A stretch of 64,000 bases of DNA from Nitrospirota bacterium (GCA_040758355.1 JBFLWF010000014.1:1-64000), one strand, 5' to 3'. Positions 29,260 to 39,618 are shown, numbered from the stretch's first letter. Notes: generated from the letters alone by a model not told the origin. Numbers and translations: made by a program.

Positions 29260-30600
29260 CTATTGCCTGTTATACTTCGACAGTCTATACCTGAACTCCC
29301 TGAACGTCAAACCTAAAAGCTCCGCTGCCTTTGTTTTTACGCCGTTTGCCTTTTGCAGTGCCTTATTGAGAAGCTCCTTTTCCACAGATGCAAGGTACTC
29401 ATTCAAATTTATGCTGTTCTCTAAAGGAGTATTTATCGCATAGGTTTGATTGATCACTGTGGGACATGATGTGCATTTTAGGTGGCCGTCTTCGGACAGG
29501 ATAACCTCCTTCTCTATGATGTTTTTCAATTCCCTTACATTGCCTTTCAGTTCCTGCTGCATGATGTAATCCACAAAGGCCGGTTCGATCCTGTATATAT
29601 CTTTCTGAAACTTTCTGGAAAACAGTTTTACAAAATGATCGATGAGCAGAGGTATGTCCTCTTTTCTTTCCCTTAGGGACGGCAGCCTTATTTCAAAGGT
29701 TGAGAGCCTGTAATAAAGGTCTTCCCTGAATTCGCCTTTTTCGAGCAATTCATTCAGGGTCTTATTTGTAGCGGCAACTATCCTCACATCGATCTCTATT
29801 TCGCTGCTGCTCCCTATAGGCCTGATTTTTTTTTCCTCTAAAAACCTCAGTAGTTTTGCCTGCAGTGACAGAGGCATCTCTCCTATCTCATCTAAGAACA
29901 GTGTACCGCCATTTGCCTCATCTATCAGTCCCCGCTTTGATGCATAGGCGCCTGTAAATGCCCCTTTTGTATATCCGAACAATTCGCTTTCGAGAAGTTC
30001 TGCCGGAAGACTTGCGCAGTTGATTGCAATGAACGGCCTGTCTGACCTTATGCCCCTGTTGTGTATGGCCTTTGCAACGAGCTCTTTGCCGGTACCGCTT
30101 TCTCCTGTTATGAGGACATTTGTATCGAAGGGCGCTATTTTATCTATCATATTGAAGACCCTTTTTATTGCATCGGATTTCCCAGTAATATTCTGATACT
30201 CATCTGCATACTGCTGAAGTTCTTTTACCTTTTTCTGGAGAATTATCTTTTCTTTTATATTCTTCAGAACAATCCTTATTTCATCCAGATTAAAGGGCTT
30301 TGTCACATAGTCGTAAGCACCAAGCTTCATTGCAGCTATTGCTGTTTCCGTTGATGCAAATGCAGTGATTATCAACACTACCGTCTCCGGGTTTTGTTCT
30401 TTTATTGTCCTCAGTATATCTATACCGGAGCCGTCCGAGAGGCGGAGATCAATTATTGCAATATCGAAGTAATTCTCTTTTATCAGGCTGTTTGCATCGA
30501 TTACGCTTGATGCTTCATAAACCTCGAGGCCATCTTCCTTTAAGAGGACATTTAATACTTTTCTGATATTTTGTTCGTCATCGACAATTAATGCACGCAT
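29260..30600 (-). CDS. pilR: Sigma54-dependent response regulator PilR
   Basis: REC-AAA(GAFTGA)-HTH ending AAELLGLTFREFRYRL, in a pilin locus. Confidence 0.85.
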   Translation of the reverse strand: MRALIVDDEQNIRKVLNVLLKEDGLEVYEASSVIDANSLIKENYFDIAIIDLRLSDGSGIDILRTIKEQNPETVVLIITAFASTETAIAAMKLGAYDYVTKPFNLDEIRIVLKNIKEKIILQKKVKELQQYADEYQNITGKSDAIKRVFNMIDKIAPFDTNVLITGESGTGKELVAKAIHNRGIRSDRPFIAINCASLPAELLESELFGYTKGAFTGAYASKRGLIDEANGGTLFLDEIGEMPLSLQAKLLRFLEEKKIRPIGSSSEIEIDVRIVAATNKTLNELLEKGEFREDLYYRLSTFEIRLPSLRERKEDIPLLIDHFVKLFSRKFQKDIYRIEPAFVDYIMQQELKGNVRELKNIIEKEVILSEDGHLKCTSCPTVINQTYAINTPLENSINLNEYLASVEKELLNKALQKANGVKTKAAELLGLTFREFRYRLSKYNRQ

Positions 30601-30628
30601 TTATTACCTCCATCACTCCAATACTCCA

Positions 30629-31789
30629 TCACTCCATTTCTTTTGTTGGAAACACAATCGTAAACTTTGCACCTCCGAGGGAAGACCTATCAATAATGAT
30701 ATTTCCTCCAAAACCCGTTATTATTCGGTAAGCTATTGCCAGCCCCAAACCTGTGCCATTTGTTTTTGTTGTTACAAATGGTTCGAAAATTTTATCCTTC
30801 ATGTCCTCATTTATTCCTGTTCCATTGTCTTCAATCCCTATCTTTATTTCTTTTTGATTCCGTATAAGTGAAACCCTTACCTCTGATTTTGCAGCCTCAA
30901 TGGCATTTTTAATAATATTGTTTAAAGCTACTTCCATAAATGTCCTGTTTGCAACAACCTCCGCATTGTTTATTACATTTAGCGTTATTTTTTTATCACT
31001 GTTTTTGTCACTATCTGGGCGATTGACCAGTGATTTCAGGGTTTCTGATAAATCCACATATTCCTTTGGGGCATCGGACGGACGCGAGAACAGGAGAAAG
31101 TCATTAACCAATGTTGTAAGGCGCTTAGTTTCTGTGCCGAGCATATAAATAAATTCCCTGTCGTTTCTTCCTTCATTTAAAAACTGCACTGCAGCAGAAA
31201 TCGATGCGAGTGGATTTTTCAGTTCGTGTGCCAGATCAGCGCTCACCCTGTACAACCTTTCGTATCCCTTCATCTTTATCTTTTCTTCCTCCAGATTTTT
31301 TATATGCTGCTCCTGTTTTTCCATTCTTTCTTTTAAATTGTCCCCTGCAAGGGCGATGAGGGAAAAGGAGAGAAAGTGTAGAGAAATGTTCAAAATGCTC
31401 TCTTTTTCCGTGATAACACCGTTGATATAATAGGATGCTCCATAAAGAACTGCTGAAATAACAGGAAAGAGAAATATCTTTTTTGTTTTTATGATGACGG
31501 ATGAGAAAAAAATGGGAAAGAGATAAAGAAGGGTCAGATATGAATATACACCAAAACTTATATAAACCATTGCTGATATGAATACAATATCCAGAAGAAA
31601 ATCGAAGTAATGTATTTTTTTTGTGAAAACAACAAGCCTGAGCAGTGCTATGAAGCTGTAAACAGCCAGTATAAACATTAATCGCGGAATGGCATAAGGC
31701 AGCCCTGCTATCTGGAATGAGATAAGCAAGGCCAGTGCAAATATGAAACGACCAACCCTGTAATAGTTGAAGAACGATGATAAATACAT
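30629..31789 (-). CDS. pilS: Membrane sensor kinase PilS
   Basis: Multi-TM N-terminus, AHELKNPL, GTGLGL. Confidence 0.8.
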   Translation of the reverse strand: MYLSSFFNYYRVGRFIFALALLISFQIAGLPYAIPRLMFILAVYSFIALLRLVVFTKKIHYFDFLLDIVFISAMVYISFGVYSYLTLLYLFPIFFSSVIIKTKKIFLFPVISAVLYGASYYINGVITEKESILNISLHFLSFSLIALAGDNLKERMEKQEQHIKNLEEEKIKMKGYERLYRVSADLAHELKNPLASISAAVQFLNEGRNDREFIYMLGTETKRLTTLVNDFLLFSRPSDAPKEYVDLSETLKSLVNRPDSDKNSDKKITLNVINNAEVVANRTFMEVALNNIIKNAIEAAKSEVRVSLIRNQKEIKIGIEDNGTGINEDMKDKIFEPFVTTKTNGTGLGLAIAYRIITGFGGNIIIDRSSLGGAKFTIVFPTKEME

Positions 31790-31810
31790 TTATAAATAGT
31801 GTAGGACTGC

Positions 31811-31927
31811 TGACAATTTTTGTCAATCAAGATGACAATGATTGTCAATTACATGGTTATAATTATTTTGATGTCTTATTAGGAATCAATTAGTTAGAGG
31901 TGCGAATAGTTTGGCACAAAACATGCT
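31811..31927 (+). promoter_or_regulatory. pilA sigma54 promoter with tandem activator sites and IHF site
   Basis: TGACA-N5-TGTCA at 31811 and 31833; IHF-like AATCAA-TTAG-TTA at 31884-31896; TGGCAC-N5-ATGCT at 31912-31927. Confidence 0.8.
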
Positions 31928-32047
31928 TCACAAAGGATTGTTGATGTCTGAGGCAAAGGGGGGTGAAGTTTAGGATTTAGGGTTTAGGATTTGGATTTTA
32001 GTAAATCCGCCCTTGGCGGATGAAAACTCCTAATCGGAGGGTTTAAA

Positions 32048-32476
32048 ATGTTTGAAATTATTAAAAGAATGAAGGAAAGGGATGAAAGGGGTTTTACACT
32101 TGTGGAATTGCTCATCGTTATTGCAATCATTGCCATCCTCGCAGCAATCGCAATACCGCAGTTCGCAGCCTACAGGCAGAGGGGTATCGAGGCAACTATG
32201 GTAGCCGATGCAAAGAATTTAGCAACAGCACAGGAAGCTGTCTTTGCTGACTGTCAGGCATATGCGACACTTGCTGCAACAGCAGGACCTGCACAACCTG
32301 CGCTTACTGCTCCTGCAGGCTGTACTGCTGCTATGCCGACTGTGGGCATTAGCGCCGGCAATACAGTAAACACTACCGGTGGGGCGACCTTTACAATTAC
32401 AGTTGTTAATCCAAATGGCCGTGCAAACAGGACAAACCATACTTTAACCAATGCAGGAGTAACAGGCTGGTCATAA
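32048..32476 (+). CDS. pilA: Type IVa major pilin
   Basis: G|FTLVELLIVIAIIAILAAIAIPQF prepilin motif. Confidence 0.95.
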   Translation: MFEIIKRMKERDERGFTLVELLIVIAIIAILAAIAIPQFAAYRQRGIEATMVADAKNLATAQEAVFADCQAYATLAATAGPAQPALTAPAGCTAAMPTVGISAGNTVNTTGGATFTITVVNPNGRANRTNHTLTNAGVTGWS

Positions 32477-32499
32477 AACCCAATAGTAATCTGATTTGG

Positions 32500-32524
32500 A
32501 GGGGCGTTTAGACGCCCCTTTTTT
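32500..32524 (+). terminator. Intrinsic terminator after pilA
   Basis: AGGGGCGT-TTAG-ACGCCCCT followed by a T run. Confidence 0.85.
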
Positions 32525-32547
32525 ATTGGGAGATAATTAAATATAAA

Positions 32548-34245
32548 ATGACATTAATTTCGAAAACAGCATCTAAAGGATATATGTTGCCATCGCTCGC
32601 AGTTATTGCCGCATTTGCAGTTTATTTAAATGCATTAAACAGCGGTCTTGTCTGGGATGACCATCACTATGTGAATAGGTTCCCCTTGAGATTCAATTCT
32701 CTCTCATCCTTATTTTTACCAACAGACTTAAAGGGTGCCATCATGGTCTTTTACAGGCCATTAATAGGGCTTACCTATCTTCTGGATTATTCGGTATGGT
32801 TTGACAATCCATTTGGCTATCATTTGACCAATATACTGTTCCATGCTGCAAATACACTCCTTTTATATTTCATAACCAATAAGGTTTTTAAATCAGCAAC
32901 AGTTGCCTTTTTGTCTTCAATGCTTTTCGCTGTCCATCCAATCCATACAGAGTCTGTGTCATGGATTTCAGGCAGGACTGATGTGGTTGCAACAACATTT
33001 ATCTTCCTTTCGATGCTCGCTCACATTGAATTTAAAGAGAAGAATAATAAAAGGGCTGTTATCCCTGCAGCATTATTTTTTGCCCTTGCAATGTTTTCAA
33101 AAGAGATTGCTATCAGCATGATTATAGTATTTGCAATGTATGACCTATTAATATCTGAACAGAAAAGATTAGAATTGCTTCCGTATATCTGCTACGGGGC
33201 AGTGATTATTTTATATCTTATAATGCGTCATGCATATCTGGCCAATACAATTGTGGAGATGAACTTCAAACCCTTTCCTGAGATATTAACCATCTTTTTT
33301 TCTTCAATAGCTTTTTATTTGTATAAGTTTTTTTATCCATTCGGTTTAAATCTTTATATTCCTGAAATTCCGTACAGATCTCTTTTTTTTATAGCAGGCA
33401 TATTTTTATCCGCAATATCAGTGCTCCTCTTTATAAAAAAGAAAAGGATTTATTTTTTTCTGACCGCATCTTTTTTTATAACAATTGTGCCTTCTATTTT
33501 TGGCGCTTTCACAACAGTTCTGTCTCCTCCTTTTGCTGAAAGGTATTTGTATCTGCCATCTGCATTTTTATGCATCGGAATTGCCTATAGCACTTTAAAG
33601 CTTGGAAAATACAGCAGATATCTCATAATCCCTGTTCTTCTTGTTTTTGCTCTTTTGACATATAACCGCAATGGGCTCTGGAAAAGCGAGTTATTACTGT
33701 GGAAGGATACTGTTGAAAAGACGAATCACTGGTATCCAAAAAGTGAATATGCAAGAACATTGCTTTCTCAAGGAAAGCTGAACGAGGCATTAAAAGCCTC
33801 TGAAGAATCACTGTCTCAAGCTATCAGTGAAAATACTAATGCAAAATCACTATCCAAAATATACAATAACATCGGGCGTGTATATGTAGAAGATGGCAAT
33901 TTTGATGCTGCTGTTGTTTATTTCAATAAAGCCATAGAGAGCAGCAAAACCAATCCAATTCCCTATCATAATATTGGAGAGATATTATTAACCAAAGCAA
34001 AAAATGAAAGAAATAACAGGCTCTTTAACTTGAAACAGGCTGAAAGTTATTTCACAAAGGCTATCGAAAATGACCCGTATCTATTCGAGTCGTATCTGGG
34101 TCTCGGTGAAGTGTTTTTTATGTCAGGAGATATTAAGTCAGCAGAGTCTTATTATTGGAAAGTGTTAAAACTGGCTCCAAATACTCCGTATTCTGCTGAG
34201 GCTGTAAAAGGACTTTTGAGACCGGAGATGTTGAAGGTAAAATAA
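32548..34245 (+). CDS. TMTC-like GT-C glycosyltransferase with C-terminal TPRs
   Basis: WDD, YRPL, FAVHPIHTESVSWISGR, SKE, AERYLYLP motifs plus TPR repeats. Confidence 0.85.
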   Translation: MTLISKTASKGYMLPSLAVIAAFAVYLNALNSGLVWDDHHYVNRFPLRFNSLSSLFLPTDLKGAIMVFYRPLIGLTYLLDYSVWFDNPFGYHLTNILFHAANTLLLYFITNKVFKSATVAFLSSMLFAVHPIHTESVSWISGRTDVVATTFIFLSMLAHIEFKEKNNKRAVIPAALFFALAMFSKEIAISMIIVFAMYDLLISEQKRLELLPYICYGAVIILYLIMRHAYLANTIVEMNFKPFPEILTIFFSSIAFYLYKFFYPFGLNLYIPEIPYRSLFFIAGIFLSAISVLLFIKKKRIYFFLTASFFITIVPSIFGAFTTVLSPPFAERYLYLPSAFLCIGIAYSTLKLGKYSRYLIIPVLLVFALLTYNRNGLWKSELLLWKDTVEKTNHWYPKSEYARTLLSQGKLNEALKASEESLSQAISENTNAKSLSKIYNNIGRVYVEDGNFDAAVVYFNKAIESSKTNPIPYHNIGEILLTKAKNERNNRLFNLKQAESYFTKAIENDPYLFESYLGLGEVFFMSGDIKSAESYYWKVLKLAPNTPYSAEAVKGLLRPEMLKVK

Positions 34246-34247
34246 AA

Positions 34248-34952
34248 ATGACAGAATTTTCAGTGATAATACCTGCCTATAATGAAGGTGAAACTATATT
34301 TCAGAATCTTATAACCGTTTCAAAAACTATAAGGGCGGAGAATATCGATTTTGAGATAATCCTCGTTGACGACGGCAGTTCTGATAATACATTTGCTGAG
34401 GCTAAAAGGGCATCCGAGCATTCGAAAGAGATAAGGGTTGTCCATTATGAGCATAATGCAGGGAAAGGGACTGCATTCAGAACAGGTTTTGAGAACAGTC
34501 GTGGTAAATATATTGCTTTACTGGATGCCGATCTCGATTTCCATCCGTCCCAATTATTAAAGATGCTTAATGCATTGCAACAGACCGGCGCAGATATTGT
34601 CATGGGTTCCAAGTATCATACAGAATCAAAGGTAAATTATCCCTTTCTGAGAAGGATAATGAGTAAGGGATATGCTTTTTTGGTGAAACTCCTCTTTAAA
34701 ATGCCTTTCAGGGATACCCAGTCAGGGATAAAGGTCTTCCATAGGGAAATTCTTGAATCTATTTTGCCATCCATGACCAGGAGCAAGGGGTATGCCTTTG
34801 ATGTCGAGATATTGCTGGCTGCATATAAGCAAAATGCGCATATTATCGAACATCCTGTTGTTTTGAACTTTGTAAAAAATAGACGGGGCTTTCCAGTCAA
34901 AATGGTTCTCAATCTCTTTGCAGAGACAATAAAAATCAGGTTTAAATCCTGA
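34248..34952 (+). CDS. GT2 glycosyltransferase (polyprenol-phosphate sugar synthase-like)
   Basis: IIPAYNE, VDDGSSD, NAGKG, DAD, DTQSGIK, FDVE. Confidence 0.9.
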   Translation: MTEFSVIIPAYNEGETIFQNLITVSKTIRAENIDFEIILVDDGSSDNTFAEAKRASEHSKEIRVVHYEHNAGKGTAFRTGFENSRGKYIALLDADLDFHPSQLLKMLNALQQTGADIVMGSKYHTESKVNYPFLRRIMSKGYAFLVKLLFKMPFRDTQSGIKVFHREILESILPSMTRSKGYAFDVEILLAAYKQNAHIIEHPVVLNFVKNRRGFPVKMVLNLFAETIKIRFKS

Positions 34953-35023
34953 ATATTTCTCTTGATAAAACATTTGTTATTCAATAAACTAAAAATTATC
35001 TAAAAACTTTCCGGAGGATAACG

Positions 35024-38000
35024 ATGCATTTCATCGGACTTGATGCCGGTTCGGTGGCTGTCAAGATTGTTGTCCTTGATAAAAAGGGCAATAAAGTTGA
35101 AGGACATTATGTAAGACATTACGGCCATCCTGTCAGGGTATCGCTTAAACTTTTAAAGGAAATTCAGGGGAGATTTCCTGAAAGCTCTCTTTCTGTTACA
35201 GGCTCTGCAGGAAAGGCAATTGCCTCAGCACTAAAGATAAAGCCCATCAATGAAATTGTCTCTCAGTTTTACTCTATTAAGAAACTATTCCCTCATATCA
35301 ATACCATCATAGAGCTTGGAGGAGAGGATTCAAAGCTCATTATTCTTGAAAACGGTGCGATAAAGGACTTCTCCATGAATTCTGTCTGTGCTGCCGGTAC
35401 AGGCTCTTTTCTTGAGCAGCAGGCAGAGAGATTGAGGCTCAGCATAGAGGAATTCAGCGAAATTGCTGCACGTTCAGAGAGACCTTCCAAGATTGCAGGC
35501 AGGTGCAGTGTCTTTGCCAAGTCGGACATGATACACCTGCAGCAGATTGCAACCCCTGTTGAGGATATCATTGCTGGATTGTGTTTTGCGGTTGCGAGGA
35601 ATTTTAAGGGTACCATTGCAAAAGGCAGGGACTTGAAACTGCCGGTTTCATTTCAGGGCGGTGTGGCTGCCAATAAGGGAATGATAAGGGCATTCAGGGA
35701 GATATTTGAACTTGATGAACTCTTTGTCCCTGCTGATTTTGCATTTATGGGCGCATTAGGCGCTGCCTTGAAGGACATGGATGAGGGTCGTATAAATGCC
35801 TTTAAATTGGAGGAGTTGGAACAACTCTTTTCATCCATAAGATTCTCTGAACAAGGTCATGCACCTTTAATATCAGAAGGGGATGGTTTTTTTGAAAGAC
35901 ACGTTAAAGATAATCAGCAGTCAGCAGTCAGCAGTCAGCAGTCAGGAAAAAATAAAAACCTATCGCCTATTGCCTCTTGCCTATCGCCTTCTAAGATTAA
36001 AGCTTATCTTGGCATCGACATTGGTTCTATAAGCACAAATCTTGCTGTGATTGATGAGGAAGGAAATCTGCTGGCCAAGCGTTATCTCATGACTGCGGGC
36101 AGGCCCATCGAGGCTGTAAAACAGGGGCTTGAAGAGATCTATGCTGAAATAGGAGAAATGGTGGAGATTATAGGCGTTGGCACCACAGGCTCTGGAAGAT
36201 ACATGATTGCAGACTATGTGGGTGCTGATATTGTTAAAAACGAGATTACTGCCCAGGCAACTGCTGCAATATTTATCGATCCGGATGTGGATACCATATT
36301 TGAGATAGGCGGGCAGGATTCAAAGTATATTTCAATAAGGGACGGCATTATTGTTGACTTTGAGATGAACAAGGCATGCGCTGCTGGAACAGGCTCCTTC
36401 CTTGAGGAGCAGGCTGAAAAGCTCGATATCTCTGTAAAGGGCGAGTTTGCAAAGTGCGCCTGCCATTCAGAAAGCCCATGCAGGCTTGGAGAGCGATGTA
36501 CAGTCTTTATGGAAAACTCCCTTATGGCCAATCTCCAGAGGGGAGCCGACAAAGACGACCTCCTTGCAGGGCTTGCGTACTCTATTGTGCAGAATTACAT
36601 AAACAGGGTTGTTGCAGGCAAACCCATTGGTGAGAACATCTTCTTTCAGGGAGGCGTAGCCTTTAACAAGGCGGTTGTTGCTGCCTTCGAAAAATATGTC
36701 GGCAGGAATGTAACTGTTCCTCCAAACCATGACGTCACAGGCGCTATCGGCATGGCACTTATTGCCAGAGATTATATGAAAGGACGTAATGCGCTATCCG
36801 ACTCATCACGCATCACTGATCACGCATCACGATTCAAGGGTTTTGAATTTTCGAAGAAACCATACGAGATAAGCTCTTTTGAATGCAAGGGATGTCCTAA
36901 TGTCTGCGAAATAAACAGGGTGAAGGTTCAGGGCGAGGAGGGCTATCTCTTTTACGGCGGAAGGTGCGAGAAATATGATGTGAGACGCTCTCAAAAATCA
37001 ACACTTCCCGATCTATTTTCATTCAGGGAAGAAATGCTGTGGAAAGAACACCTTAAAAGGCAGTCAGCAGTCAGTAGTCAGCAGTCAGCAGTCAAAATCG
37101 GAATTCCATATATATTCTTCTTCCATGATTACTTGCCCTTCTGGTCAACCCTCTTGTGGGAACTTGGTTTTGAGGTCATTGTTTCTCCGAAGACAAATAA
37201 GCAGGTCGTGAACCTCGGAGTCGAGAATGTCATTTCCGAGGCATGTTTTCCTATAAAAGTTGCTCACGGACATATCAAATGGCTTAAGGATGCCGGTGTT
37301 GATGCCATCTTTATTCCCAGCTTTATAAGCATGAATCAAAGCGGAGATGAGTATAATCGTGGATTATCATGTCCCCATGTCCAGACAATCCCTTATGTTT
37401 CAAGGGCTGCCATTAAGGACATGAAGACAATCACTCCTGTCATCGATCTCGGTCTTGGTGCAGGTTATCTCAAGAAAGAATTAAAAAGGTCTTTGAGTGA
37501 GTATGGCGTGAGGGAGGGAGATATTGAAAGAGCGATTAGAATTGCCCAATCTGCCCAGGACGAATTTCAGATGGCAATTAAAGAGAAGGGAAAAGAAGCA
37601 TTAGGGTCGTTAACAAGCACTGCAATCGTAATCATCGGCAGGCCGTATAATGCCTTTGATTCCGGTGTAAATCTTGAGATCCCTAAAAAGCTGTCCCATA
37701 TAGATGTCATTTCAATACCTATGGACATGCTTCCATTGGATAATGAAAGGCTGGAGGATACATGGCCGAATATGTACTGGAGGTCAGGTCAGAGGATTTT
37801 AAGGGCAGCGAGGGTTGTGAGAAATACGCCTAATCTCTATGCAATTTATATTGGAAATTTTTCGTGCGGCCCTGATTCCTTTATACTCAAATATTTCAAG
37901 GAAGACATGGAGGGGAAACCCTTCCTGCATATAGAGATAGACGAGCACAGCGCAGATGCAGGCGCAATAACACGATGCGAGGCATTCCTTGACAGCATTG

Positions 38001-39280
38001 AACAGCAGCAAAACGGTGATTCGGGGAATTGGGGAAGCGGAGAAACAGAAATGCAGAGATACGGAAAAATCACCCATTCACCCATTCACCCATTCACCCA
38101 TTCACCGTTGAAAAAACGTATCGTCTTTATCCCGCGCATGGCTGACCATGCCTTTGCACTGAAGGCAGCCTTTGAATACTGCGGTGTTCCTGCAGAAGTG
38201 CTTCCTGAATCAAACAAAGAATCTGTGGACCTCGGCAGGAGATATGTATCGGGCAAGGAATGCTATCCCTATCTCGTAACAGCAGGCGACATGCTCAGAA
38301 AGGTATTTTTGTCAGATTTCAGGCCTGATGAATCGGCATTCTTCATGCCATCAGGCACAGGGCCGTGCAGGTTCGGGCAGTACAACGTATCCCACAAACT
38401 GATACTCGAAAAGCTCGGACTGAAGGACGTCCCTATCTTTGCACCCAATCAGGATGTCCAGTTCTACAGAGACCTGGGTATTGTGGGCAAGGACTTTTCC
38501 ATGAAGGCATGGGAAGGGATTATTGCATATGAGATGCTTACAAAATGTCTCCACGAGACAAGGCCTTATGAAAAGACAAAGGGCGACACCGAGGGACTTT
38601 ATAATTCTTATCGTGAAAGGATTTATCAGAGCCTTACCGGGAAAAACGGAGACATGAGAGGTCTTTTAAAGAGGATGAAGAATGAATTTATGTCCATCCC
38701 CAAAGAGAAAGAAAAAAGGCCTGTTGTAGGTGTTATTGGAGAGATATTCGTCAGGTCCCATAGATTTTCCAACGAAGACCTGATAAGAAAGATAGAAGCC
38801 CTCGGAGGGGAGGTATGGCTTGCTCCCATAGAGGAGTGGATATATTATGTAAATACCATGTCTTTTAGAAAGGCCTTGATAAAAAAAGACAGGTCTGCTA
38901 TGATGAGTATCTTCCTTAAGCGGTTCTTTCAAAAAAGAATTGAGCACAGGTTTGCCGAACCATTTAAAGGCTTCCTGAAAACCTTGAAGGAACCCGAAAC
39001 AAAGGAGATATTGGCAAAGGCAGCGCCCTATGTCCACGACTCATTCGAGGGAGAGACCATCTTAAGCGTGGGCAAGGCAATAGACCTTATCGAGGGGGGC
39101 GCATCCGGCATAATCAATGCCATGCCCTTTGGCTGCATGCCGGGCACTATAGTTACGGCACTGATGAAGGCAGTAAGCAGGGATTATGGCGTGCCGTGCA
39201 TAAGTATTCCATATGATGGAACAGAATCGCCGGCCACAGAGCTTCAACTCGAAGCATTTATGGAGGCAATGAATAAGTAA
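35024..39280 (+). CDS. CoA-substrate-specific enzyme activase fusion (two BadF/HgdC-type ATPases plus DUF2229-like domains)
   Basis: Two D(A/I)GS...GG(E/Q)DSK...CAAGTGSFLE modules; C-terminal CFPIK, CGPD and PFGCMP motifs. Confidence 0.9.
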   Translation: MHFIGLDAGSVAVKIVVLDKKGNKVEGHYVRHYGHPVRVSLKLLKEIQGRFPESSLSVTGSAGKAIASALKIKPINEIVSQFYSIKKLFPHINTIIELGGEDSKLIILENGAIKDFSMNSVCAAGTGSFLEQQAERLRLSIEEFSEIAARSERPSKIAGRCSVFAKSDMIHLQQIATPVEDIIAGLCFAVARNFKGTIAKGRDLKLPVSFQGGVAANKGMIRAFREIFELDELFVPADFAFMGALGAALKDMDEGRINAFKLEELEQLFSSIRFSEQGHAPLISEGDGFFERHVKDNQQSAVSSQQSGKNKNLSPIASCLSPSKIKAYLGIDIGSISTNLAVIDEEGNLLAKRYLMTAGRPIEAVKQGLEEIYAEIGEMVEIIGVGTTGSGRYMIADYVGADIVKNEITAQATAAIFIDPDVDTIFEIGGQDSKYISIRDGIIVDFEMNKACAAGTGSFLEEQAEKLDISVKGEFAKCACHSESPCRLGERCTVFMENSLMANLQRGADKDDLLAGLAYSIVQNYINRVVAGKPIGENIFFQGGVAFNKAVVAAFEKYVGRNVTVPPNHDVTGAIGMALIARDYMKGRNALSDSSRITDHASRFKGFEFSKKPYEISSFECKGCPNVCEINRVKVQGEEGYLFYGGRCEKYDVRRSQKSTLPDLFSFREEMLWKEHLKRQSAVSSQQSAVKIGIPYIFFFHDYLPFWSTLLWELGFEVIVSPKTNKQVVNLGVENVISEACFPIKVAHGHIKWLKDAGVDAIFIPSFISMNQSGDEYNRGLSCPHVQTIPYVSRAAIKDMKTITPVIDLGLGAGYLKKELKRSLSEYGVREGDIERAIRIAQSAQDEFQMAIKEKGKEALGSLTSTAIVIIGRPYNAFDSGVNLEIPKKLSHIDVISIPMDMLPLDNERLEDTWPNMYWRSGQRILRAARVVRNTPNLYAIYIGNFSCGPDSFILKYFKEDMEGKPFLHIEIDEHSADAGAITRCEAFLDSIEQQQNGDSGNWGSGETEMQRYGKITHSPIHPFTHSPLKKRIVFIPRMADHAFALKAAFEYCGVPAEVLPESNKESVDLGRRYVSGKECYPYLVTAGDMLRKVFLSDFRPDESAFFMPSGTGPCRFGQYNVSHKLILEKLGLKDVPIFAPNQDVQFYRDLGIVGKDFSMKAWEGIIAYEMLTKCLHETRPYEKTKGDTEGLYNSYRERIYQSLTGKNGDMRGLLKRMKNEFMSIPKEKEKRPVVGVIGEIFVRSHRFSNEDLIRKIEALGGEVWLAPIEEWIYYVNTMSFRKALIKKDRSAMMSIFLKRFFQKRIEHRFAEPFKGFLKTLKEPETKEILAKAAPYVHDSFEGETILSVGKAIDLIEGGASGIINAMPFGCMPGTIVTALMKAVSRDYGVPCISIPYDGTESPATELQLEAFMEAMNK

Positions 39281-39296
39281 AGTAGGAGGTGATGTT

Positions 39297-39389
39297 GTGG
39301 GTAATGTTGCAAAGTGGCGTAAAAAGAAGATGCGCAAGCATAAACACAAAAAACTGCGCAGAAGGACAAGGGCTCAAAGGAGAAAATAA
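39297..39389 (+). CDS. AURKAIP1/COX24-family (bS22/mS38-like) small basic protein; not in the ORF track
   Basis: AGGAGGTG SD, GTG start, MGNVAKWRKKKMRKHKHKKLRRRTRAQRRK. Confidence 0.88.
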   Translation: MGNVAKWRKKKMRKHKHKKLRRRTRAQRRK

Positions 39390-39414
39390 GCGGAGAAAAT
39401 AAAAGGAGCCGATA

Positions 39415-39618
39415 ATGAAAGATATAATTGCTTTAAAGGAAAAACTTAGCCTTGTGGAACAGGAGTTAAAAACCCTTACGGATAAAGTCACGAAATTGCA
39501 AGGGAATTTAAAGGAAATCGATGATTTGAAATCAGAGATAAAGGGGTTAAAGATCTTTCTGGGAAGGGTTCATCCGGAATTTAAATCCCAATTCCCTGAT
39601 ATACTCAAGAAATTATAA
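39415..39618 (+). CDS. Small coiled-coil hypothetical protein
   Basis: AAGGAG SD; 67 aa with heptad pattern. Confidence 0.7.
   Translation: MKDIIALKEKLSLVEQELKTLTDKVTKLQGNLKEIDDLKSEIKGLKIFLGRVHPEFKSQFPDILKKL

Noticed and set aside
32048..32476. Electrically conductive (e-)pilin
   Set aside because: F1, F24, Y27, F51 and Y57 are present, but only 7 of 127 mature residues are aromatic and there is a long aromatic-free gap, below the usual e-pilin criteria.
35914..38106. CRISPR array
   Set aside because: Repeats are 7-8 nt head-to-tail units without spacers, and no cas genes are seen.
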